DNA of 64,000 bases from Piromyces finnis finn (lineage: Eukaryota; Fungi; Neocallimastigomycota). The translations under genes were made by a program, and so were the position numbers. The stretch covers positions 434,001-498,000 of the forward strand of contig MCFH01000007.1 of NCBI GenBank assembly GCA_002104945.1, in the 5' to 3' direction. Below, piece by piece: positions 1 to 11,035 of this stretch. Under the pieces are notes generated by a model. That model did no database searches. It was not told the origin of the DNA and worked only from the letters and a program-made list of their open reading frames with translations. Numbering within the stretch: position 1 is the stretch's first letter; each line of letters starts with the position of its first letter.

Positions 1-533
1 ACAAAAATTGTTACGATACTTTGTTTAAAGTTTAAAGTTTCTTTTTTTGAATTCTAGTTGTTAACTTTTTTTAAAAATTCTAGTTTTGGTTTGTTGTTAG
101 TAAATTCGAATCGCTTTTTGACACTAAACTTGTTTGACTTTACTTTTCATTAAATATTTAAATTGGTAAAAAATTTGAATCAAGAATGTCGACACCAGAA
201 AGCTTGTGAATAGTATTTTTACATGATGTAGAGTGAATCAGTCTCTTACAAGAAACAATACAACAATAGCTACATGAATATAAAAGTACAATGCAAATGC
301 TAAAGTTGACTACATTGGATTCTTACAAGAGAAGAGTAGTACTACAAGAATACATGAATAAAAGAAAAAATACAGCAACAAAATGTATTACTCTTCTAAT
401 TAAATACTATACAAACTTACCTGAATATCAAACATTCAACTTATTCATCAAATACTTAAATTCGATGAATAAAATGTTTTTTAATCGCTCAGTACCATGA
501 GCTTAGTCCTAATAATTTTCCCTTGAAGACTAA

Positions 534-779
534 CCAAGCATCCATTGCGCAATGCTTGGATTTAATTCTTTCTACTCTCTCAGTACCATGAGCATGAGTA
601 GACCCCCTTGAGAAACTACATTTATTAAATAAATGAAGGCACATTCCTAAGAGGGCACCAAGCATCCATTGCGCAATACTTGGATTTAATTCTTTCTACT
701 CTCTCAGTACCATGAGCATGAGTAGACCCCCTTGAGAAACTACATTTATTAAATAAATGAAGGCACGTTCCCAAGAGGG
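534..779. repeat. Tandem duplication of a 124-bp, relatively GC-rich, hairpin-rich unit (534-657, 658-779), with a diverged partial copy at 487-530
   Basis: CCAAGCATCCATTGCGCAAT starts at 534 and 658. The copies differ at 3 positions (G554/A678, A643/G767, T648/C772). The GCTCAGTACCATGAGC and CCCTTGA motifs recur at 487-526. Confidence 0.95.
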
Positions 780-1346
780 AAGCATCCTCTTGTTGGAGCA
801 CAAATAACTATATAATAAAATAAAATGTTCCTAACTATTATATAACCTTTTTTTTTTTTTTATATTCCTTTTATTTCTACTTTTTTTTATACCCAATAAC
901 TATTATAATACCACAACTGCTTTATTTTCACACACTTTATTAAAAAAATACACACACTTTAATTAATTTTTTTTATTATTTTTATTTTTTTTATGCGTTG
1001 AAAAATATATATTATAATATATATATTTTGAGATTATTATATAATATATGTTATTTTATGTAATAATTAAAAAAGTTATTTTAAATACAAATTAAATTAA
1101 AATAATAAATAACAAATTAGTTCTATGTTTATTTACTATTATTATTAATTAATTTATTTTTATATTTCTTCTATCTTTTAAAATATTTTATTTTTGTTTT
1201 TTGTATTATTATTTTAATTTTGTTTTAATTTTAATTTTTTTTTTATATTTGCTTTTATAGTTTTTATTTTATATTTTATATATGTGTTTTCTTTTTCTAT
1301 TTTCTTTATTATTTATAAAGAAAATTATCTATTTAGTTTAATTAAA

Positions 1347-2767
1347 TTAGAAAAAGATGTTTTCTCCACTTGTTTGATCATTGTTTTCTTTAACGAAGTA
1401 TTCAAAGTATTGGTAAATAGTAGTGACAGCAAGTAAGATACCAGTACCAGAACCAATAGCACCAAGTAAATCAGCGAAAATAGTTAAAGCACCAATTAAA
1501 AGACCACCAACAGAAGCAGCTAATGGGATAATCTTCTTTAATTCCTTGTACATAGAAGTATCACGGTGACCTCTCATAACTAATTGTTGTTCCTTAAGTT
1601 GAGTGGCAACATCTCTTGGGGAAGAACCAGAAACTTCAATCCAGGCCTTAGATAATAAAGCACAAGTAATTAACATGAAGGCAACGTAAACAACTAAGTG
1701 AATTGGATCACGGAGAGCAGCACTTAAACTACGTGGAGAAGACATGTAGTAAGCAAGACCTCCGGAAGCGAATTGTTGGTTGGAACCTTCGTAGTTAGTC
1801 CAAACACCTAATAATCTAACGAAGAAGTTACCCTTGAAACGGTTGTATAACATTTGAGATAAAAGGAAGAGGTTGGAAGTAAGAGCAGATTGAAGCATAA
1901 TTGGCATGTTAGAAGTGTAGAAGAGCTTGATTGGGTAGGAACCTTGTTGACCACGAACCTTGTTAGACTTGACTGGAATTTCAATTCTGAAACCTTGAAG
2001 GTAAATGACAATGGCAAAGATAAGGATAGTAGCTAAGAGGTTGGTAACATTTGGAAGGTTGCTTCTGTAAAGAGCTTCCTTAAGAGCCTTGAACTTATCG
2101 TTTCTAGTGAAGAGGAGATGGAAGAAAGCAATAACGGCACCTTCGAATTCAGTACCCTTACCAGTGTTGTAAGTGGTTGGGGAGAAGGCTCTCCAGATGA
2201 TACTTTCACAAACGTTAGTAGCAATGAATAAAGTAATACCAGAACCAAGACCGTAACCCTTTTGAAGAAGTTCATCTAACATGATAACAATAACACTAGA
2301 GATGAAGAGTTGGAGGATAAGTAAGATACAGATACCAGCACCAATTTCCTTTGGATCACCGTAAACACCATTCCAAACAGTAACAGTAGCTTGACCAATA
2401 GCAATAATCATACCGAATAATTTTTGAGCACCACTGAAAAGAGCTCTGTCTTCCTTTAAACTGTAATCGACTTCAATGATACCAGCACCAGCTAATAATT
2501 GCATAATCATACCAGAAGTAATAATTGGGGTAATACCTTGTTCCATTAAAGTACCACGGTTAGAAGCTAAAATCATACGTAACCAGTAGAATGGATCAGA
2601 AGAGTCAGAAGACATAATACCGTACATTGGAATTTGAGAACAAACTAAGAAGATGAATAAAGTGATAGCGGTCCATAAGAGCTTTTCCTTGAATTGAACT
2701 CTACGATCTGGTGGAGTTACTTCAGGAATTAAAGCGATGAATGGTCTTAACAAATGTAAGAATCTCA
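1347..2767 (-). CDS. SEC61: Protein transport protein Sec61 subunit alpha (main exon; 5' exon not located)
   Basis: 473-aa ORF with 10-TM SecY/Sec61 features ([27 protein letters not shown]). The ORF's GTG overlaps a TAG splice acceptor (2768-2770), with a TACTAAT branch point at about 2803-2809 on the minus strand. Confidence 0.97.
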
Positions 2768-4476
2768 CTATTTATTATTTAAAAATAAAATAATTATATT
2801 TATTAGTACTTGATCAAATATATATATAATGTAAAAGCAAACAAAACAATATTTTTATTTTTTATTCTTTTTATTTTAATTTGATCTTTTCTTTTCAATG
2901 CAATTTTTTTTTATTATTATTTCCTGTTTTTTTTTTATTATTATTGTTTACATTTATTCTTTTTGTTTTTTTTAAACGTTTTGTTTATTTCCATTAGTCC
3001 ATTATTGTTTCATCTATTGTTTATTTATCACTAATATCTATGTTCATACTTTTACTTTATTTTTTTTATATACTAAAAAGGGTTTTTTAACCTCTTTCTA
3101 TCAAACACCCAAAATATTTTATTCCATCATTTTTAAAATCTTTTTTTTTTTTTTTACTAAATTCTATAAATAGTATTAAAAATGTATTATTTACTTTTTA
3201 TTTATTTAATTATTTATTTTATTGTTTTTTCTTTTTCTTTTTATTTATTTATTTATTGTTTTATTTATTTTATATATATTATATAATAAAAATATTTCTT
3301 TGCTTTATTTTTATTTATTTACTTTTTTTTATTTTATTTTTTTTTTTTTGATCTTTTAAAATATTTTTATTTTTGGATAAAGAAAAAAAAATTAAAAAAA
3401 GCTATTTTATAAAGAGAAATTTTTTTAATTTAAATAATAATGACAAAATTTTCTTTTTTTTATTTTATTTTATTACTTTTTTCAATTTTTATTAATTTAT
3501 ATTAATATTAATTATTATAGTTGATGATTAAATTACTTTTTTTTATTTATTAAATATATTATTTATTTTAATATAAAAATTAATTATTAATATTTACTCT
3601 TAATTGTATATTGCTAATAAATAAATTAAAATAGAATAAATTCATGCTTTTGTTACTTTTATACGTAAATTAAATAGAATGATTAATGTATAAATATATT
3701 ATTATATATTGGAGAATACTTTTCTAATATATTTTAAATTTATGTTAAAATAGAAAACTTTGAAAAGGCATTAATACTAAGGGTATATATAAAAGGTAAA
3801 TAAGATGTAGAATAACAAAAACAAAAGAAATTAAAAACATTTATTAATCAATAGATGATAATGCCTCATACATTTTATATTAAAGAAAAAAATAATTCTA
3901 TATTATTAAAAAAAGATGTTTTTTCCCCATTAACCTAGATAAATCCAAAAAATTTCTGGTAAAATCTATTTTTTTAGGCAGAAAAAATGATGCTGGTGTT
4001 TGGATTATCCTAGAATAAACAATTATTTATTTTTTTAATTAATAGTAATAAGCTTTAATATATTGAATGTATGATAATTAATTTAATATAGATTTTAATA
4101 ATTTGATAAATAGTTTATTAATCTATTTAATATGTTGTTCTTAACACAAAGATCATTGATAGCCAATCAAATTATAACAGGTAATTTGAAAAAACTTCCA
4201 ATTAAGTAATAATAAGCAATTCTATTTATATGGATAATACTTTTTATTATATGAACAATTAGTAAAATTAATTTCCTAAATCATAATTTAATTTATTATT
4301 TATTGTATTAATTGATATATATAATACAATTATATTTATATATATTATAATATATTATAAACATACATTTATTAATGTAAATATACATTAATTAAATATA
4401 TAACATTTAATAAATATTACATAACTAATAATAATACGGATTACAATGATAAATAACTAACTAGCTACAAACTTAT

Positions 4477-4547
<71 letters not shown>

Positions 4548-4741
4548 ATATATAACTAACTAACTAACTAACTAAATAAATAAACAAACAAACAAATAAA
4601 TAAATAAATAAATAAATAAATAAACAAATAAGTGAATAAATAACTAACTAAATAAATAAATAACTAACTAACTAACTAACTAACTAAATAAATAAACAAA
4701 CAAACAAACAAATAAATAAATAACTAAATAAGTGAATAAAT
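4477..4741. repeat. Compound tetranucleotide microsatellite (AACT)n/(AAAT)n/(AAAC)n
   Basis: Alternating blocks read directly; AAGTGAATAAAT occurs twice (about 4630 and 4730). Confidence 0.95.
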
Positions 4742-6303
4742 ATATAGACAAATAAATTATTAAAATTATTAATAGTCATCAAAAAAAAAAGTGGAAAATT
4801 GAATATTAATTAATAGTTGTAAATGTATTACATTAATATAATATCATGTATTAATATGTACATTTATACATAAAAATTGTATTAAAAGAAGAAATAGGAT
4901 ATGCTTTAAAAGCCTTTGAGTAAAATAATGAAAAAAATTTGGTAAAGGTGTTACTATGCATGCATTCTATTTAGTATTATTAATATTATTTAAACTATTA
5001 GATTTTTTAAATTTTTATATTATTCAATATTATTCAATATTAAAATTTATCTGTATAGCATTTTTTATTATTTTATATTGACTTAATATAACTAATGGAT
5101 ACTATATATATATGATAATTGAAATGTCAATTTTTTATATGTAAATATTTTGATAACTCTTTCCATTTGTAGGATGTCAAAATATAAAATAGTTATATTT
5201 AATATTATAACTATTTTATTTATAGTATGTAGAGATCAGATGTGATTTCATTACTTTGAATATTAGAGTAATGAAATGATGAGAGTATGATTTAAGAGAA
5301 TGATAAAAAAGGTAATAATGTTTTTTTTTTTTATAAAAGAGTAAAAACAATTATTTATTTATTATATTATAATGAATAGCTTTTTTTTTTTTTTTTGAAA
5401 GCAAGTCTTGTTTAAAATTAAAAATCTTTAATATATCCTTTTCTTAATAAAAATAATATTTTGGTTAAATTAAAGTTTTTAAACTTTTGTGTAACATGAT
5501 ACGGATAAATTTTACATATTCAAAATAATAAAGAATTAAAAAAAATTATAATGATTATGGCAATAAATAAATAATTATTAAATAATTGAAACCTCTGCTA
5601 GCTATAGCTTAGACTATTTTTCTTTATTGTATAAACAATACTTTTAAAAAATAAAGTAGATATGCAGGATGTATTATGATATTAAGACATAATATTATTT
5701 ATACTATAAAAATAATAACTAATAAATGTAAAATATAATGATAAAATTTAAAGTGTTTATACCTTTTATGCCTATATTAAATATTAAAATATCCCCATTT
5801 ACTTAATTCTAATCCTTGAATTTTTTTTTTGTGGTTTCACCAAACCTGAAATTTTTTTTTTTTTTTTTAAAATTTAACTTTTTTGAAATTTATTAATAAT
5901 AAGTTATTAATACTTTTTTTTTACCTTTTGATAAAAGAAAGAAATTTATTTAAAAACAAAAAAAAAATAGTATTTTATAATTAAAATTTCAATGATTTTA
6001 CTTTTTTTATAGTAAATAAATTTTATAAATTCTTAAAGTATCAAAAAAAAAAAAAAAAAAAAGAAAAAAGAAAGACATATCATTATCTTTATAAAAAAAA
6101 AAAGTGTGAATCTAATATATAAATCAATAATTTAAATTAAAAATTTGCATTTTGAAATCAAAAAAAAAAAAGTAAATTATTACAATATTAATTAAAAGTA
6201 TTAATTTTCAATTTATCAAATAATATATATTTATTTAAACAACTATCCTATAGACCTAACAATAACAATAATAATATTAGAAACTTTTTGATTAATAAAG
6301 AAA

Positions 6304-9300
6304 ATGAGATTTAATAGTAATAGGAGAGTTGAGGTTAGTAGATATATACATATATATAATTTTCTTTTTTTTTTTTTTTCTTCTTCTTTATTTATATAAT
6401 AAAATTTGTTATTGATTTTTTTTATTTTTTATCAGGAAAAAAATAAATCAGAGGAAATTTGGAGAAAGTTAGAAAAAGCTTTTTATGAAATATTTAATAA
6501 AAATGCAGGTGAATTAAGTTTTGAAGAATTATATAGGTAATAATAAAATATATTTTATAAACTATTAAATAATATTAAAAAATTAATATGCTCATTGCTC
6601 ATTATTATTAAATAAAGATATTCATATAATTTAGTACTTTCGAAAGAAGGTAGTAAAGTGTATAATGGTACATGCAAAATTATAGAAAACCGTTTAAAAG
6701 AAATTTCAGAAGAAGAAATTAAACCTTCTTTTCCTGTTTATGAACCAGGAAATAAATTTCAATCAAATACAGAAATTGAACGTGATTTAGATTTCTTAAG
6801 AATAATAAAGAAAACATGGGATAATCATATTATGGCAATATCTGAAATAAAATCTTTATTAATGTATATGGTAAATTTTATTTTTATTTTATTATTATTA
6901 TTTTTTTTAAAAAAAGTATATTTCCTTTTTACTATATAGGTTATTTATTTAAATTTAAATTAATATATGGATTTTAAATATCTATGGAAATTCCATTTTT
7001 TTTTTTTTAAATTTTTGTAAAATCTTTTAAATGAAAAGGATCGAGTTTATGTTCCTCGTGCAAAACTTTTACCAATTTATGAAAAAAGTCAACATATATT
7101 TAGAGATACTATTGTATTAGATGAAAATATAAAAGAATTAGTCATAAATATTATTTTAAAAGAAATTGAAAGAGAAAGATCTGGTGAAATGATTGATAGA
7201 AGTTTAATCGGTAATGTTATTAATATGATGCTTGCATTACATGAAGGCAATAAGGAAACAGGTAATAAAAATATATTCTAAATCTAATCTATAAATTAAT
7301 TAATATATTGTTATACTATTTCAAGAAATAAATAAAAAAAAAAAAGAAATATTTAATAGTATAATATGATATTATACCTTTCAGATAGTTGAAACCAAAT
7401 TATCTTTCAATAAAAATTTATATTATTTTTTTTAATAAAAATCCTTTTGTATCATTATCTATCCACACAAATTTATTTAAATTGTATATATATATTTAAA
7501 ATATAAAGGAGAATCATTGTATAAATCAATATTTGAAGATAGATATTTAAAAAGTAGTCGAGATTATTATGCAAATCTAAGTGAAAAATTCTTAGATGAA
7601 AATGATGCTTCAGAATGGTTGAAAAAAGTAAGATTTCTTTTATATTACAATGGTTCATGAATTCTAATAATTTCTACATTAGAGTAGTTAATACTATTCT
7701 TCCTTTTTTTAAAACTAACACCAAATTTATATTTAAATTTTATAATATATAAAAGACTGAATATCATATGGAAGAAGAAAAGAATCGTACAGAACAATAT
7801 TTATCAACATTAAGTACACGAGAAATATTAAATATTGTTGAAGAAGAAACAATTGAAAAACATATTAATACAATTATTGAAGTAATTATTATTATTATTA
7901 TTTTTAAATTTTATAAAAATAATACATATTTCCAATAGTACTTTAATTTTACCTATCATTTAGTCATTATTATAATTATTTACAAACTATGCTATTTATA
8001 AAATAATGTTATATTATTCTATAAATGTTGCATTGTGATTAGTATTGCTTCTTTATTTAATAAAAGAAATAATAATGAATTTATATTTGATAGTATATAC
8101 AAAACTTTGAAAAAAAAAATTAGTTATTTCTATACATTTATTAATGTTTAAACTTTTTTATATTAATTAAATAGATATATATTTAGTATAAAATAGCAGA
8201 GTATTAATAATAGTAATATTTCTTTTTTATATTAATTTATTTTTTAGATGGAAAATTCAGGTTTAAGATCTTTAGTTAAAGATGATAGATATGAAGATCT
8301 TAAGAGAATGTATACTTTATTTGGTAAAGTAAAAATGGGCCGTGAAGAATTAATAAAAGCTTTATGTGAATATATAAAAGAATTGGGTAAAGAAATAAAT
8401 GAAACATGGGCACAAGGAAATTCATCTAACGATCCAAAAAATACCACTCCCAATCAACCTGTTGCAAATAAAACTTTAGAAACAACAGAATCATCTGAAA
8501 ATTCGAAAAAAGAACATTCCTCTAAACAATCGGTTAATCCAAAATTTTGGGTTGTTAAATATCTCGAGTTAAAAGAAAAACTTGATAATATTTTGAAAAG
8601 AGGTTTTGAAGACGATAAAAATTTCCAAATGAAAATGAATTCTGTTTTCCAAGTTATTATAAATGAAAATCCTAAAGCATCTGAATCCTTAAGTTTATTC
8701 ATTGATGATAATCTTAAAAAAGGAATCAAAGGAGTAATTATTCATCCACTTAATAATAAATTAAATAATATAACTTTATTTATTTGTTTATTATTATTTA
8801 CAAGTCATTTATGATGATCCTGTTTTTAACTTTTTTTTTTTTTTTTTTTGTATATTTTATTATGAAATTAATATATATATTTTATTTTAATGTTAGAAAT
8901 CTGAAGATGAAGTTGAAGAATTATTAAATAAATCTATTGTATTATTTAGATTTATTTCTGATAAGGATGTATTTGAACGTTATTATAAACAACATTTAGC
9001 AAAGAGATTATTATATAAGAAGAGTTTGAGTGAGGATGCCGAAAGAATTATGATATCAAGATTACAGGTATTTTATAATTTATTATTATAATTGTTATTA
9101 CTATAAATAGTATTGTCCTTGTTATTGTAAAGTAGTATCATCATTAGTATTGTCTTTGTTGTTATTATAAATAGTGCCGTCATCAGTATTATGATCATTA
9201 TTATTATTATCATCATCTTTGTTATTATAAATAGTGTCGTCCATCAGTATTATGATCATTATTATTATCATCATCATCTTTGTTATTATAAATAGTGTCG

Positions 9301-10533
9301 TCCATCAGTATTATGATCATTATTATTATTGTTGTTTTTATTATACTTTATGATGTAGAGTTTATGAATAAAACTTTTTAATAGTGCATTAAAAATTTTA
9401 CAGTATATTATTTTTAATGTATGATATCAATTCAAATACTAACAATAATTATATTTTTAATTTTTAAAGATGGAATGCGGTCATCAATTCACCACTAAAT
9501 TGGAAGGAATGTATAAAGATATCAGCATATCTTCAGAGTTATCAAGCGACTTTAAAACTCTAGAAAAAGCAAAGGATAAAAAATTACCTGAATTAAATAT
9601 ATCTGTTTTAACAAAGATCTATTGGCCAATTAGTGGTCAGATAACCCCAAATCTTCCATACCCAGCAGAGATTCAAACGTTAATGGACGATTTTTCCAAA
9701 TTTTATTATTCCAGACATTCTGGAAGAAAGTTATTATGGCAATCGTCGTTAGGAAGCGCTGATTTAAGAATAAATTATGAAAGAGGCAGTAAAGATATTA
9801 ATATTTGTAATTTAGGTATGATTCTTCTCATAAATATATTCAATAAATGGAAACCAGGGGATTCCTATACCTTTAGACAAATGCAAATTGAACTAGAAGC
9901 CAATGATTTGGAATTAAAGAGAGTTCTTCAATCCCTTGTCTTTTCCAAATACAAATTATTATTAAAGTTACCAAAATCACGTGATATAAAGGATGACGAT
10001 GAATTTATTGTAAATACCAAGTTTAGCACTCCATTAAATAGAATAAAAATACCCATGGTGGTTGCTTCTGGAAATGTTCATAGTAGATCATCCGTCATTG
10101 AAAATAACGAAGAACGAAATGAAACTTATCGTCATATTGAAGATAGCAGACGTTTCCAAATTGATGCGGCGGTAGTTAGAATTATGAAAGGACGTAAAAA
10201 GATGTACCATAACAATTTAATTACTGAAGTGACTAATCAATTATCTAGTCGTTTTATGCCAAGTCCTACTTCCATCAAAAAACGTATTGAAAGTTTAATT
10301 GAACGTGAATACATGGAAAGATCGCCGGATGATAGGTAAAATTTTATAGACAATAAAAATTTTCTATATTTTCAATCTTTCGTTTTTATATTTTTATCCT
10401 AACTTTTTTATTTCATCATATTATACTAATCCTCTATCCTCCCATTTAACATATACTATATCTCCACTTTATTCAATACGCTTTACACAATACCATGTCA
10501 TTCTACAGAAAAATTTATCTTTATTTGGCATAA
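6304..10533 (+). CDS. CUL3: Cullin-3 (multi-exon)
   Basis: Spliced exons give [53 protein letters not shown] and the neddylation motif [10 protein letters not shown], with a last exon KIYLYLA* (stop 10531-10533). Confidence 0.95.
9161..9330. repeat. 60-61-bp minisatellite (about 2.8 copies plus degenerate upstream copies) in the CUL3 intron at 9068-9469
   Basis: GTTATTATAAATAGTG(C/T)CGT(C)CATCAGTATTATGATCATT starts at 9161, 9221 and 9282. Confidence 0.9.
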
Positions 10534-10928
10534 GTATTTTATCATATTATTTTTCATCATCCATCTTTTTTTTTTTTTTAATTTTTAATTTTTTTTTCTC
10601 AAAAGTTTTATATTTATTTTCCCCAACACCACTATCATTTAAAATGATATTTAAAAATACATATATTAATAATGATAATAGTACTTTCAATGGATTCAAC
10701 CCATTTAAATTAAAAACACACACATACATTTGTTTGTAATATATTCTATATATATGATTATATATATATCAAGTAAAATAAAAAATTTTTAAGTCATAAA
10801 TAAACCCGTTAAAAAGAATAATAATAATAATAAAAAAAAAACTAATTCATCTATCCCAAATTTATTTTATACTTTTTTTTTTTATTTTATCTATACTATG
10901 ATTATTTGTAGTAATAAGAAATATCTAT

Positions 10929-10959
<31 letters not shown>

Positions 10960-11035
10960 CAATGTTATTAGGATAGTATTATTTTTTAAATCATCAAGAT
11001 ATTTTCTTTATTTATTTATTTTTTTTTTTTTTTTT

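Noticed and set aside
291-500. 69-aa ORF
   Set aside because: No recognisable domain; overlaps the structured repeat region.
415-559. U1 snRNA resemblance (ACTTACCTG at 415-423; ATCCATTGC loop like U1 stem-loop II)
   Set aside because: No GATCACGAAG loop I, no Sm site, wrong spacing, and the loop is ATTGCGC rather than ATTGCAC. ACTTACCTG is equally the antisense of a splice donor.
534-779. Hammerhead, pistol, twister or HDV ribozyme, or CRISPR array
   Set aside because: No CTGANGA...GAAA core (the minus strand has CTGAGAG). The topology is loosely pistol-like but lacks the conserved GCG and GU. The twister and HDV cores are not matched. There are no unique spacers and no cas genes.
9-802. 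Solo LTR on the plus strand starting TGTTACG
   Set aside because: No matching CGTAACA end and no target-site duplication.
5184-5276. Two perfect inverted repeats (14 bp at 5184-5219; 10 bp at 5246-5276) next to ATGATGA
   Set aside because: Almost pure A/T stems are expected roughly by chance at this composition; there is no box D to complete a C/D snoRNA.
9181-9220. Box C (ATGATGA) and box D (CTGA) on the minus strand of the intronic minisatellite
   Set aside because: Boxes are too close together, antisense to the host gene, and arise from (ATC)n repeats.
10547-10729. 60-aa minus-strand ORF ending 13 bp from the CUL3 stop
   Set aside because: Low-complexity poly-A-derived sequence; the HAUS8-like gene already stops at 11036.
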